Shown here: piece by piece, positions 20,476-30,779 of the stretch
Layout: each line of letters begins with the position of its first letter
Position numbering within the stretch: the stretch's first letter is position 1
Assembly: GCA_965219085.1 (NCBI GenBank)
Contig: OZ244720.1
Span: 3,232,001 to 3,296,000 of the forward strand
DNA from: Dehalococcoidia bacterium
GTDB lineage: Bacteria > Chloroflexota > Dehalococcoidia > UBA2979
Direction: 5' to 3'
Length of the DNA: 64,000 nucleotides
Position numbers and translations under genes: made by a program
The notes under the pieces: model-generated
What the model saw: only the letters and a program-made list of their open reading frames with translations
Told to the model about the DNA's origin: nothing
The model's database searches: none

Positions 20476-21411
20476 CTACTCGCCTGCCTCGACCCACGCC
20501 CTGATCAGCTGATGCGCGATGGTGAACGGGGGCGGGACGCCGAAGCCGGCGTCGGGTGACGGGCCCCCGCCCTCCTCGGCCGTCGCGAGGGCACTCCGCA
20601 CCTGATCGCGGGTGAACCACTGCGCGTCGCCGATCTCATTGTGGTCGACCTCGATATCCGTGCTCGCGGCGTCGGCGTGGCAGCCGATCATCAGCGACGA
20701 CGGGAACGGCCACGGCTGCGAGGAGTGGTAGCGCACCGCGCCCACCTCGACGCCAGTCTCCTCGCGCACCTCGCGGCGCACGGCCTCCTCGATGGTCTCG
20801 CCCGGCTCGATGAAGCCTGCGACGCAGGTGTACATCGGCGCCCGGCGCGCGGTGGGGCTGGCGAGCAGGCAGCGCTCACCCCGCTCGACGAGCACGATCA
20901 CGACCGGGTTCACGCGCGGGAAGTGCTCGGCGCCGCACGTCCCGCAGCGGCGCATGTCACCGCTGACGCGCGGCGCGGTGCCGCCCCCGCAGGCCGGGCA
21001 GTAGCGGCTGCGCGCGTGCCAGTCGATGAGCGAGCGCGCCTGCGCGAGGATGCCGGCCTCGGCGAGGGGTAGCGCGGCCCCCGCCTCGCGCGCGCCGATG
21101 AACGCATCGTCGCCAACGAGGGTGTCGAGCGTCGCCGCGTCGACGCCGGTCACGTCGGCGGCGAGGTGCGGCGTCCCGTCGCGCACGCCGAGCAGCACGG
21201 GCGCGGGCGCGTGGAACCGCGCCAGTTGCGCACGGCTACGCCACGCGAGTTGCGGCGACGACTCGCCGCGGACCAGCGGGTTGAGGTCGCGGAACGCGAG
21301 GTAGCGCGCGTCGGGATGCTTGAGGGTCGCCTCGATCCACGCGCGGTCGCGCCGCTCGTTCGAGGAGCGATCGAGCGGGTTGCCCGCGAAGGTGTTGCGG
21401 ACCGAGGTCAT
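20476..21411 (-). CDS. nudC: NAD(H) diphosphatase NudC
   Basis: Zn ribbon CPACG..CGTC, Nudix box GETIEEAVRREVREETG, SQPWPFPSS motif. Confidence 0.93.
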   Translation of the reverse strand: MTSVRNTFAGNPLDRSSNERRDRAWIEATLKHPDARYLAFRDLNPLVRGESSPQLAWRSRAQLARFHAPAPVLLGVRDGTPHLAADVTGVDAATLDTLVGDDAFIGAREAGAALPLAEAGILAQARSLIDWHARSRYCPACGGGTAPRVSGDMRRCGTCGAEHFPRVNPVVIVLVERGERCLLASPTARRAPMYTCVAGFIEPGETIEEAVRREVREETGVEVGAVRYHSSQPWPFPSSLMIGCHADAASTDIEVDHNEIGDAQWFTRDQVRSALATAEEGGGPSPDAGFGVPPPFTIAHQLIRAWVEAGE

Positions 21412-22790
21412 GCGGCCCGCGGCTCCGAGGGGTCCGTGCGCTGAAGGAACGGGTTTTGGGAACCGCGCGGGAGCCGCAGCAGGAAGGCGACCGGGATGGC
21501 CGCGGCGCTGAGCGCGGCCAGGACGAGGACGCCCGTGAAGTAGGTGCCCTGGAGGTCGAAGAACAGCCCGAGCACCATCGGCGCGAGGACCGCGAACGGC
21601 ACCGACGTGAAGTTCGTCAGGCCCTGGATCGTTCCGAACGAGGGGAGCCCGAAGAGGCGTCCGACCAGCACGGGGCGCGACGGAATCATCCCGCCGAAGC
21701 TGATCCCGAAGAGCGAAGCGAAGATCACGATCTGCCAGTAGCTCGTCGCGTACGCGACCACGAGCAGCGACGCCGTCTGGATGGCCAGCAGGAGCGCCGG
21801 CACGATCCTCAGGTCGAAGTCGCGGCGCGCCAGGAAGTCCATCAGCATGCCGCCGAGCACGCGCCCGAGCAGGCTTACGAGCGTCATCACGGCCAGGCTG
21901 AACGCACCTGCCTCGCGGGAGAACCCGAGGCTCACGAGGTATGGAATCTGGTGCAGCATGAAGCCGGAGATGCCGGTCGACAGCACGCCGTAGATCAGTG
22001 CAAGCACCCAGAAGTTGCGGTCCTTCAGGGCCTGCCCGGAGGTCATGCCGCCCTCGACCGGGTTGCCCATCGCGATGACTTCCGCGTCGCTGTCGCCGTC
22101 GGGGTTGAGGCCCTTGTCGGAGGGCTTCGAGCGGATCAGCATCGCGCACGGGACGCCCAGCAGCAGCATCCCGGCGCCGAGGATCAGCGCCGTCTCGCGC
22201 CATCCGTAGGTCGCCTCGAGCCACACGACGATGACGACGAACGGCCCGCTCAGCGCGCCGCCCGAGAAGCCAATGCCGAGCGCCTTGCCGCGCTGGCGGC
22301 GGAACCAGTTCACGATCGCGGTGTTGAACCCCACGCCCATCGTCGAACTCATCCCGATCGAGACGAGCGAGAAGGAGAGGAACAGCATCCACAGCGCCTG
22401 CATGAACGCCAGGGACATGATTCCGAGGCCGATGCACACGACACCGGCGATCGCTGCCGGTCGCGCGCCATGGCGGTCCACGAAGACGCCGATGAGCGGG
22501 CCCACGGCGCCGCCGACCGGCTGCATGAACAGCGCCGTCAGCGAGCCGATGCTGCGGCTCCAGCCGAATGTCTCGAGGATGGGGACGAAGAGCACGCCGA
22601 AGCCGTAGACGAAGGACGCACTGACGTACCAGTGGATCCCCATCATCCCGGCGATCATGTACCAGCCGTAGAATAGCCCTCGGCGGCGGGGCGGGGCGCC
22701 CGCCGCTGCGGCGGTCGTGGTGGGCGTCGCGAGCGCAGCGGTCGTGGCAGGCGGCGCGAATGCGGCCGTCCCCGGCATGAGGTCTTGCAT
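21408..22790 (-). CDS. MFS transporter
   Basis: FYGWY, GVFVDRHGAR and WFRRQRGKALG motifs; ATGA overlap with nudC; start uncertain. Confidence 0.88.
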   Translation of the reverse strand: MQDLMPGTAAFAPPATTAALATPTTTAAAAGAPPRRRGLFYGWYMIAGMMGIHWYVSASFVYGFGVLFVPILETFGWSRSIGSLTALFMQPVGGAVGPLIGVFVDRHGARPAAIAGVVCIGLGIMSLAFMQALWMLFLSFSLVSIGMSSTMGVGFNTAIVNWFRRQRGKALGIGFSGGALSGPFVVIVVWLEATYGWRETALILGAGMLLLGVPCAMLIRSKPSDKGLNPDGDSDAEVIAMGNPVEGGMTSGQALKDRNFWVLALIYGVLSTGISGFMLHQIPYLVSLGFSREAGAFSLAVMTLVSLLGRVLGGMLMDFLARRDFDLRIVPALLLAIQTASLLVVAYATSYWQIVIFASLFGISFGGMIPSRPVLVGRLFGLPSFGTIQGLTNFTSVPFAVLAPMVLGLFFDLQGTYFTGVLVLAALSAAAIPVAFLLRLPRGSQNPFLQRTDPSEPRAA

Positions 22791-23051
22791 GCCGTCGTGC
22801 GTGAGTGCGGCGAGTCTCGCCGCGGTCGCCAGGTCGCGGGCTGGTATGGCCACGAGCATCCCGTTTCGTACCGACACACGGTACCAGCCGTCGGCTCCTC
22901 GCGCCCTCCGGCGCCCTGTGCGCGTGCCGGGAGATCCATCCGGGCTGCGCGCTCGTAATACGGCCAGAGGGCCTGCGAGGATGCTCGTCCGGCAGCCGGT
23001 GCAAGACGCGCATCCCCCGCCCACACGAGACTGCGAGCGCGGAGGTGCACC

Positions 23052-24854
23052 ATGGCCGATCTGAAGTACGTGACCACGAGCGCGGTGTTCCTCGCCGCAA
23101 GCGCCTTCGCGACCGTGGCGCGAAGCAGCGTCGGTGTACCCCGGGCGATGGCGCCCATCCTGCTTCTCGCGGCGCTCACGCTCGGCCTCGCCGGCTGCGC
23201 GGCCGAGTTCGAGGACGACGGCGACGACGGGACATACCAGACCACGGAGACCGCGCTCGGCAGCTCCACGGACACGTCGACGCAGCAATCTGCCGCGCCG
23301 GTGTCCTCCTCGTCGGCTCTGTCATCGGCAGTGAGTGACTCGGACTCCGAAGACGACGCGGCGTCCACCACCGGGGTGCTGGTCCAGGATTCGAGCCCGC
23401 CCGAGCAGGGGAAGGGCGGCGTCGCGTACTTCGGGCCTGAGTCCGGCGGGACCCAGAACCCCAACGACCGCGCCTTGCCGCTCATGTACTTCGAGAGCCA
23501 CGGGGTGAACCCGTTCGTCGACGCCGACGAGGATCCGCTGTCGACGTTCGCGCTCGACGGCGACACAGCGTCGTACGAGATCCTCGGGCTGTACCTCAGC
23601 GAGGCGCGGGTCCCACCGCCAGAGTCGGTGCGCATCGAGGAGTACGTGAACAGCCTCCCGCAGGACTACCCCGCAGCGGAGACGGCGCTCGGGCTGCACC
23701 TCGATGCCGGTCCCTCGCCGTTCGGGCCGGAGGGCTACGTGCTGCTGCGCGTCGGCGTGAGCAACCCACGGCCGGACACGGATCGCGACCCGGTGTCGCT
23801 GATCTTCGTCATCGACACCTCCGGATCGATGGGCGTCGACCGGCGGCTCGAGCTGGCGAAGACCGTCGCCGAGGGCGTCGCCGACCGCATGATCGACGGC
23901 GACCGCGCCGCGCTCGTGACGTACGGCGACATCGCCGTCAAGAACAGCGACTTCGTCGATGCCGGCGACCGGTCGGAGGTCGTCACGGCCCTGCGAGGCC
24001 TGTACGCGAACGGCAGCACGTACGCCGAGGCGGGCCTGCGCATGGCGTACGGCCTGGCCGAGGACGAGCTCGACGAGGGGCGCACGGTACGCATCGTGCT
24101 GTTCTCCGACGGCGTCGCAAACGTCGGCCGCACCGGACCGGAGTCGATCCTCGAGTTCGTCGACGAGCAGGCGCACCGGCAGGCCACGCTTACCGCCATC
24201 GGCGTCGGTATCTCGGGCAACTACAACGACGTGCTGCTGGAGGCCCTGGCGAATCGCGGCAACGGCACCTACCACTACGTCATCGATTACGCCGCGGCCG
24301 AGCGCTACCTGTCCGAGGACGTGAACGGCGTGTTCACCGAGACCGCGCGAGACGCCCGCATCCAGGTCGCGTTCAACGCCGACGCCGTGCGCAAGTACCG
24401 GCTCATCGGCTACGAGAACCGCGCCGTCGCCGACGAGGACTTCGAGGACGACACCCTCGACTTCGGTGAGCCCGGCTTCGCCCGCGACGTGACCGCGCTC
24501 TACGAGCTGCGCCTCGAGGAGGGCGCGTCGTCCGATGACCAGCTCGCCCTGGTGCGGCTGCGCTGGCTCAGCCCGGGAACCGGCGGGGCGATCGAGACGT
24601 CCGCGAGCATCACGGTCGACGACGTCGCCGGCAGCATCGCTGACACGAGCGCGCACTTCCGGCAGGCCGCCGCGACCGCCGAGTTCGCGGAGCTGCTGCG
24701 CAAGTCGTTCTGGGCGCAGTGCGGCGACATCTCCGCGGTCGGCGACCTCCTCGACGGCGTCGACGGCGAACTGGGCGAGAACAGCGACTACACTCGGCTC
24801 GTCAGCCGTGTGGCGCGGGCTTCGGAGTACTTCGAGCCCTACTGCAAGGAGTAG
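23052..24854 (+). CDS. vWA-domain lipoprotein (YfbK-like)
   Basis: Lipobox LAGC, PLSTFALDGDTASY, VRIEEYVN, MIDAS DTSGSM, YRLIGYENR; start may be 23148. Confidence 0.88.
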   Translation: MADLKYVTTSAVFLAASAFATVARSSVGVPRAMAPILLLAALTLGLAGCAAEFEDDGDDGTYQTTETALGSSTDTSTQQSAAPVSSSSALSSAVSDSDSEDDAASTTGVLVQDSSPPEQGKGGVAYFGPESGGTQNPNDRALPLMYFESHGVNPFVDADEDPLSTFALDGDTASYEILGLYLSEARVPPPESVRIEEYVNSLPQDYPAAETALGLHLDAGPSPFGPEGYVLLRVGVSNPRPDTDRDPVSLIFVIDTSGSMGVDRRLELAKTVAEGVADRMIDGDRAALVTYGDIAVKNSDFVDAGDRSEVVTALRGLYANGSTYAEAGLRMAYGLAEDELDEGRTVRIVLFSDGVANVGRTGPESILEFVDEQAHRQATLTAIGVGISGNYNDVLLEALANRGNGTYHYVIDYAAAERYLSEDVNGVFTETARDARIQVAFNADAVRKYRLIGYENRAVADEDFEDDTLDFGEPGFARDVTALYELRLEEGASSDDQLALVRLRWLSPGTGGAIETSASITVDDVAGSIADTSAHFRQAAATAEFAELLRKSFWAQCGDISAVGDLLDGVDGELGENSDYTRLVSRVARASEYFEPYCKE

Positions 24855-24891
24855 CAGCCCGCGCCGGAAGAGCGAGCGTGAGGAGCCGTCG

Positions 24892-25794
24892 ATGACCACC
24901 GAGACCGAGAGCACCATGCCCACCGACATCGGGATCGTCGACACGCTGCTCGGCATTCCGGCGGCGGACAAGACCGGCGCCTACGACTGGCTGCGCCCGC
25001 TGCTGCGCGACGACGAGTCCCTCGGTGCGTTCGACTTCCCGGTGCAGTACCAGTACCGCTCGCTGCCCGAGGTGCCGAAGGAGGGCACCGTCGACGACAT
25101 GATCGACTTCACGGTCGAGCAGATGGACAAGCACCACATCTGGAAGGCGCTACTCAACGTCAGCCTCGAGGCCGGCGACCCCGGCCGTCGCGCAATGGAG
25201 CGCTACCCCGACCGCTTCTTCGGGAGCGTCAGCGTCGACCCCAACCGCGGCGTCCCGGCGCTGCGCGACCTGCAACACGCCGTTGAGGACCTCGGCGTGA
25301 AGGCGGCGAGCGTGACGCCGGCGTTCGTCATTCCGCAGTGCCCGATCAACGACAAGCGGATGTACCCCGTCTACGCGAAGTGCGTCGAGCTGGACATCCC
25401 GATCCTGTGCACCACGGGCGTGCCGGGGCCGCGCGTGCCGATGGCCCCGCAGGACGTCTCGCTCATCGACGAGGTGTGCTGGTTCTTCCCCGAGCTGAAG
25501 TTCGTGATGCGGCACGGTGGTGAGCCGTGGACGTGGCTGGCGGCGAAGCTGCTGCTGAAGTGGCCGAACCTCTACTACTCGACGAGCGCGTTCGCGCCGA
25601 ACCACTACCCGGACGACATCGTCCGCTTCGCGAACACGCGAGGGGCCGACAAGGTGATGTACGCCGGGTACTTCCCGGCTGGGCTGTCGCTCGACCGCAT
25701 CTTCCGCGACATGCCGTACGTGCCGTTCCGTGAGCACGTGTGGCCGAAGTTCCTGCGCGAGAACGCGGTGCGCGTGTTCGGCCTCGGCGAGTAG
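24892..25794 (+). CDS. Amidohydrolase_2 family protein
   Basis: YPVYAKCVELDIP, GVPGPR and RHGGEPW motifs; ATG at 24892 with GAGGAG. Confidence 0.88.
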   Translation: MTTETESTMPTDIGIVDTLLGIPAADKTGAYDWLRPLLRDDESLGAFDFPVQYQYRSLPEVPKEGTVDDMIDFTVEQMDKHHIWKALLNVSLEAGDPGRRAMERYPDRFFGSVSVDPNRGVPALRDLQHAVEDLGVKAASVTPAFVIPQCPINDKRMYPVYAKCVELDIPILCTTGVPGPRVPMAPQDVSLIDEVCWFFPELKFVMRHGGEPWTWLAAKLLLKWPNLYYSTSAFAPNHYPDDIVRFANTRGADKVMYAGYFPAGLSLDRIFRDMPYVPFREHVWPKFLRENAVRVFGLGE

Positions 25795-25809
25795 CGTCCT
25801 CGACGCGAA

Positions 25810-25833
25810 CCGGGCGGCCTTGAGGCCGCCCGG
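25810..25833. terminator. GC-rich hairpin between convergent genes
   Basis: CCGGGCGGCCT-TG-AGGCCGCCCGG inverted repeat; no U-tract. Confidence 0.5.
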
Positions 25834-25857
25834 CGTGTTCGTGCGCGCGTCGAGTTG

Positions 25858-26652
25858 CTACCGGCCCTGGAACTGCGGCTCGCGCTTCTCGAGGAACGAG
25901 TTGACGCCCTCGGCGCCGTCCTCGGTTGCGCCGAGCTGGCGGTTGTAGCCGATGCTGAGCTCCTGCACGCGCGAGAGGTCGTCTTCCTCGACCACCGAGA
26001 CCATGCGCTTGGTCGCGGACATGCCGAGCGGAGGCCCACTGGCGATCTCCTGTGCGAACTCGACGGCGCGCGCCTCGAGCTCCTCGCGAGGCACCACCTC
26101 CAGCACGAGGCCGAGTTCGAGCGCTTCCTGCGCGTCGATGCGGCGCGCGCTGAGCATCAGTTCGAGGGCGCGCTGGCGGCCGAGCTGCTCCTGCAGGAAG
26201 TAGCTGAGCCCGTACTCGGCCACGATGCCGCGCTTCATCTGCGCGACCTGGAAGACCGCGTCGTCGGCCGCGATGCGCAGGTCGGTTGCCATGGCGAGCG
26301 AGAAGCCCCCGCCCATCGCGTACCCGTTGATGGCGCCGATGACGGGTGCGTCGCAGTCGCGCATGGCGCGGATGGGCTCGGCCTCGGGGTGGCCGCGCCG
26401 CCAGGGATCGGGCTCGGCGTCGGGGTCCTTCGGCGAGAAGTCGCCGCCGGCGCAGAAGGCGCGGCCGGCGCCAGTGAAGACGATGGCGCGGGTCTGGTAG
26501 GAGCCGGCCTTGAAGGCGGCGAAGTAGTCGTTGAGGCCCTCGATCAGTGCGGGGTTGAGCGCGTTGAGCCGTTCCGGCCGGTTCATGCGCACCACGGCCA
26601 CGCCGCCGTCGCGCGCCTCGACCTCCACCACCGTCTCGACTGCTGTCGTCAT
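25858..26652 (-). CDS. Enoyl-CoA hydratase/isomerase
   Basis: NRPERLNA and FCAGGD; close paralog of 11117..11923 (shared PDPWRR.HPE and FQVAQ.KRG). Confidence 0.92.
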   Translation of the reverse strand: MTTAVETVVEVEARDGGVAVVRMNRPERLNALNPALIEGLNDYFAAFKAGSYQTRAIVFTGAGRAFCAGGDFSPKDPDAEPDPWRRGHPEAEPIRAMRDCDAPVIGAINGYAMGGGFSLAMATDLRIAADDAVFQVAQMKRGIVAEYGLSYFLQEQLGRQRALELMLSARRIDAQEALELGLVLEVVPREELEARAVEFAQEIASGPPLGMSATKRMVSVVEEDDLSRVQELSIGYNRQLGATEDGAEGVNSFLEKREPQFQGR

Positions 26653-26728
26653 CGCCCACCTCCGTCGATGTGTCGTGTTCGTGGGGTGCAGGGTACAGGG
26701 AGGGGCAGCGAGTGTGGGGGCGGCGGGG

Positions 26729-27339
26729 TCAGGTGCGTGGGGCGCGCCGGCCAGCCGTCACGAATGACACTGTGGCGAGCGCGAACGCGAGTGCGACCAG
26801 TAGCACAACCGCCCGGTTATCTGCCCTCGGCGCCTGCTCACCTGCTGTCATCCCGGCTCCCGTTGCCGGACGCTCGGGTGACCGTGCTCCGCGTAGCTCT
26901 GGAGTGATCAAGCCGGTGCCAGGAGGGTGACCGGGACCGAGTAGGTTCAGGTAATGCTGCGCACCCTCCAGTCCGAAGATATTGCACACTCCGGTGACGA
27001 ACCGGTCGCCTCCGTCGTCAAGCCAGGCATACACGAGGAACGTCTCGTCAAGGGCGAGGCGGGCCTCGCAGAAGCCTGTGCCTCGGAAGGCGATGCGCAC
27101 GACTTCGGTCGTGCTCACATCGCCCTTCCATACTTCGGAGACCCGGAACGGCACGAGTTCAGTCTCAGTACGAGGGGTGAGCTCAAGCACTTCTGCCGCG
27201 AAGACGGCTTCGTAGTTCTCGAGTGATCCACTCCGCGGGGCCCCCCACAAACACACGCCGAGGCGCTCGGAGCTGGCAGTAACGCGCCAAGACTGAGCAC
27301 CAGTGCCACCGCCGCGAGCAGAACAGGCCATGAACGCAT
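26729..27339 (-). pseudogene. Exported TIMP/NTR-like (CxC) protein with C-terminal TM anchor, frameshifted
   Basis: Signal peptide MRSWPVLL...ASA|CVC lies in one frame and the body (AVFAAEV...WKG...C...YLV-like...C) in another; adding one G to the G6 run at 27241-27246 joins them. Confidence 0.65.
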
Positions 27340-27398
27340 GGGGCGCAGGGTACACGCCACGCGATGGTTGATGGTGTCCGAATCGCGCTCCGGGCGCA

Positions 27399-27426
27399 CG
27401 AAGGGCCGCCCGCGGGCGGCCCTTCG
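27399..27426 (-). terminator. Hairpin downstream of the crotonase gene
   Basis: CGAAGGGCCGCCC-GC-GGGCGGCCCTTCG perfect 13-bp IR. Confidence 0.55.
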
Positions 27427-27449
27427 ATGGTGTGCCGGGGGCGCTCGTG

Positions 27450-28217
27450 CTAGCGGCCCTCCCAGACCGGGTCGCGCTTCTCGGCGAACGCCGTCGGGCC
27501 CTCGACGGCGTCCTGCGAGCTCAGCACGTGCTTGCCGACCCAGTCGTAGAGCCGGTACGAGTCGTCCATCTTGGCGAGCCGCCAGCTCTGGATCACGGCC
27601 TTCGTGCCCTGCACCGACAGCGGCGCGTTGGCGGCGATCATCTCCGCGATCTCGACCGCGCGCGGCAGCAGCCGGTCGGGCTCGACGACCTCGGTGACCA
27701 GGCCCCACGCGAGCGCCTGCTCGGGCTCGATGCGGTCGGCGGTGAGCAGCGCGTACGCGGCCGCGGAGTGGCCAATCACGCGCGGCATGTGGTGGATGGC
27801 GTAGCCGGCGAGGATCCCGCGCTTCGGCTCGAACAGCCCGAAGAACGCCTCGGTCGAGCAGATGCGGATGTCGCAGTCGAGGGCGGTCTCGCAGCCGCCG
27901 CCGATGGCGAGGCCGTTCACGGCGGCGATGAACGGCTTCTCGTTCTGCGAGTACGGGAAGTTGTCGACCAATGCCTGTGCGCCGCCGCGGTCGCGGGACT
28001 GCCCCCCTTCGGCCATCTCCTTGAGGTCGCCGCCGGCGGAGAAGGCGCGGCCGGCGCCGGTGACGATGCCGACGCGCATGTTGACGTCGTTGCTGAAGTC
28101 ATCGATGGCCTCGGCGAGCTCGCGCGTGAGATTGCCGCCCATCGCGTTCAGCCGCTCGGGGCGGTTGTAGGTGAAGATCGCGTAGAAGTCGTGCTTGTCG
28201 TAGATCAGGTCGGGCAA
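27450..28217 (-). CDS. Enoyl-CoA hydratase/isomerase
   Basis: NRPERLNA, FSAGGD, GGGCE and LFEPKRG motifs; TTG start after a purine-rich RBS. Confidence 0.92.
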   Translation of the reverse strand: MPDLIYDKHDFYAIFTYNRPERLNAMGGNLTRELAEAIDDFSNDVNMRVGIVTGAGRAFSAGGDLKEMAEGGQSRDRGGAQALVDNFPYSQNEKPFIAAVNGLAIGGGCETALDCDIRICSTEAFFGLFEPKRGILAGYAIHHMPRVIGHSAAAYALLTADRIEPEQALAWGLVTEVVEPDRLLPRAVEIAEMIAANAPLSVQGTKAVIQSWRLAKMDDSYRLYDWVGKHVLSSQDAVEGPTAFAEKRDPVWEGR

Positions 28218-28353
28218 GGTGTTCCCTCTTCCTTGGCTCGCACTACCACGCGCGTTCTCGATGCCGTGGCGGCGCGTCGCGAACGTATCGGCGCGCCGCA
28301 CCGCTTGGCAAGCGGAACGAGGTATCGAGGGGTCCGAGGCCGCGTCCCTGAGC

Positions 28354-29127
28354 CTACTCGGCGAACTCGAACAGCACCGGCGCGTGGTCGGACGGCTTCT
28401 TGCCCTTGCGGAAGTCGCGGTCGAACCCCGCCGCGACGAGCCTCGACGCGAGCTCCGGGCTCACCAGCGCGAGGTCGATGCGCAGCCCCAGGCCGCGGTG
28501 GAAGTTCCCGCCGCGATAGTCCCACCACGAGTGCTGCACGAGGTCCGGTTCGACGACGCGGAACGCATCCGCCAGCCCGGCGTCGAGGATCGTGCGGAGC
28601 CGCTCGCGCTCGGGCGCGCTGACGTGGGTGCTGCCCTCGAACGCCTCGGGGTCGTACACGTCGATGTCGGCGGGGGCGACGTTGAAGTCGCCCGCGATGG
28701 CGAGCGGCTGCCCGGCGAGCGAGCGCGCGCGCTCGGCCATCGCGTCGAGGAACGCCAGCTTGGCCTCGTGCATCGGGTCGTCGAGCGACCGGCCGTTGAC
28801 GACGTAGACGCTGGCGACGCGCACCCCGTTGACCGTGGCCTCGACCCAGCGGGCCTCCTCGGGCAGCGGGTTGCCCGGCAGGTCCGTCGAGACGTCGTCG
28901 AGGGGCACGTCGTTGCGGGCGAGGACGGCGACGCCCGCCCACTGCCCCGCCGAGTGGTCGGCGGCGTGGTAGCCGGCGGCGGCGAGCTCGTCGTGCGGGA
29001 AGGTGTCCGGCGCGACCTTCGTCTCCTGCAGGCAGAGGGCGTCGGGCGCGTGGACATCGAGGAACTCGAGCAGGCGCGGCAAGCGCGCCCGCACCGAGTT
29101 CACGTTCCAGGTCGCGAGCAGCACCAC
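28354..29127 (-). CDS. xth: Exodeoxyribonuclease III
   Basis: TWNVNS, LQETK, GDFNVA, GLRID and SDHAP motifs. Confidence 0.95.
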   Translation of the reverse strand: MVLLATWNVNSVRARLPRLLEFLDVHAPDALCLQETKVAPDTFPHDELAAAGYHAADHSAGQWAGVAVLARNDVPLDDVSTDLPGNPLPEEARWVEATVNGVRVASVYVVNGRSLDDPMHEAKLAFLDAMAERARSLAGQPLAIAGDFNVAPADIDVYDPEAFEGSTHVSAPERERLRTILDAGLADAFRVVEPDLVQHSWWDYRGGNFHRGLGLRIDLALVSPELASRLVAAGFDRDFRKGKKPSDHAPVLFEFAE

Positions 29128-29192
29128 GACATCACCCGCTTCCGCGAACGACGTCGTGAGGTGTCGCGCTGACTGCTATGCGCTCAGGCGGC

Positions 29193-29930
29193 TCAGGCCT
29201 GGAACAGCAGCTCGAAGACCGCGTAGAACGCGACCGTCAGGATGGAGCCCGCGATGATCACGCCCCGGATGGTGTCGTACGGCGCCTTCGACCAGTGCGG
29301 CGCGTAGCCGAACGGCCAGCCCAGCGCGTTAATCTCGATCGCCCCGACCAACGCGATGAAGATCACCCAGTACGCGACGAGTGCGTCGTTGGCGACATCG
29401 AACACGAAGTGGCTCGAGGCGAACAGGTGCGAAGTGCCGCCCATGAAGAGCAGCATCGGGATCGAGAGCAGCGTGTTGGTGCGCGATGCGAGCCCGGCGC
29501 GGCGGGCTGCCGCCGGTGCATCCGGGTCGGCCTCGCCGCCCTCGGCGACGGTAACGGCCGAGCCGATGGCGACCTGCTGCGCGGGCCAGATCACGAGCCA
29601 CACGTTGCTGAACATGATGATGCCGAGGATCCCGCCGCCGGCGATGGCCGTGCCCTGCACCGTCGTGAAGTAGTCACGGGTGAGCTGCTCGTTGAAGGCG
29701 AGGATCAGGATGCCCGTGAGCAACGTGAACATCGCGCCCCAGCGGAACCACCACAGCGCGCGCCAGGTGACCCGCCGCATCGCCTCGGAGCGACCTTCGC
29801 CGCTCATCTCGGCAAACGCGGGCACCTGCACGAAGTTGAAGTAGTAGAGCAGGCCGATCCAGGTGATGCCGGCGAGGATGTGCGCGTACCGTGACAGGAA
29901 CGCGTACCCCTCTTGGCTCAGAATCTCCAT
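29193..29930 (-). CDS. Urate oxidase N-terminal / PuuD-like membrane protein
   Basis: HILAGITWIGLLYYFNF, WFRWGA, NVWLVIWPAQQ and ASRTNTLLSIPM motifs; no CxxCH domain. Confidence 0.8.
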   Translation of the reverse strand: MEILSQEGYAFLSRYAHILAGITWIGLLYYFNFVQVPAFAEMSGEGRSEAMRRVTWRALWWFRWGAMFTLLTGILILAFNEQLTRDYFTTVQGTAIAGGGILGIIMFSNVWLVIWPAQQVAIGSAVTVAEGGEADPDAPAAARRAGLASRTNTLLSIPMLLFMGGTSHLFASSHFVFDVANDALVAYWVIFIALVGAIEINALGWPFGYAPHWSKAPYDTIRGVIIAGSILTVAFYAVFELLFQA

Positions 29931-30045
29931 AGCATCCACCTTCCAGGATTGGCCTTGTGGCGCGAGCTTATCACACGGCATCGAGGCCCGGCGTGGCGTG
30001 CCGGGCCCGATCGTGCAAGGTGTGACCCTGACTACGAACGTGGCC

Positions 30046-30525
30046 CTACTCGATGACGAGCACGCCCTCCATGCCGACCTGGCGGTGGCCGGCGACGCTG
30101 CACCAGAACGCGATCGTGCCCGACTCGGGAACGCGCAGCAGGAGCGTCTCCGACTCGCCCCGCTTCAGCAGCACGTGCACGTCGTAGCGTTCGTCGCCGA
30201 GCCCGATCTCCGAGGCGTCACCGGCGAACTCCTCGATCGTGAAGTCGTGCTCGATCACGCCCCTGTTCCTGAACTCGATGGCGAAGACCGAGCCGGCGGG
30301 TGCGCGCAACTCCTCGGCGCCGTACGCGATGTCGCGCATCTCCAGCTTGAGCGTGACCACGGGCGCCTCGCCGCCGAGCATCTCGACGGGCGTTGGCGTT
30401 GCGGTCGGCGTCGGCGTCCCATCCGGGTTGCCGTTGCCGCTGGGGCACCCGGCGAGGGCCGCCGCGAGCACGATTAGGGCCCCCGTCAGCGCCGAGGCCC
30501 GCACCATCCTTCGCAGCAATCGCAT
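30046..30525 (-). CDS. Cupredoxin (blue copper) lipoprotein
   Basis: Lipobox LAGC, PT linker, type-1 Cu ligands IEHDF...WCSVAGHRQVGM. Confidence 0.85.
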   Translation of the reverse strand: MRLLRRMVRASALTGALIVLAAALAGCPSGNGNPDGTPTPTATPTPVEMLGGEAPVVTLKLEMRDIAYGAEELRAPAGSVFAIEFRNRGVIEHDFTIEEFAGDASEIGLGDERYDVHVLLKRGESETLLLRVPESGTIAFWCSVAGHRQVGMEGVLVIE

Positions 30526-30779
30526 GCCCGCTCCTACCGTTGCACTGGACTCCGCGCGTCGCGCCTCAAGTGTCCGTGCGTCGTTGGTTGAGCGGAAGCC
30601 GGGCGCATGCGACCGGCACGGACATGGCGAGGCACCTGCTGGACGAATCCTGCCATAACCTGCCTCCGTTATGTGCACTAGACTGGTGGTTACGTCTGGG
30701 TGCACCCTGTTATGGTATTCGCGGGTGAAGACCTACGCGGGGTCGGCCGGGTGAGTGGCGCCGGCCGACCCCGCCTGTT

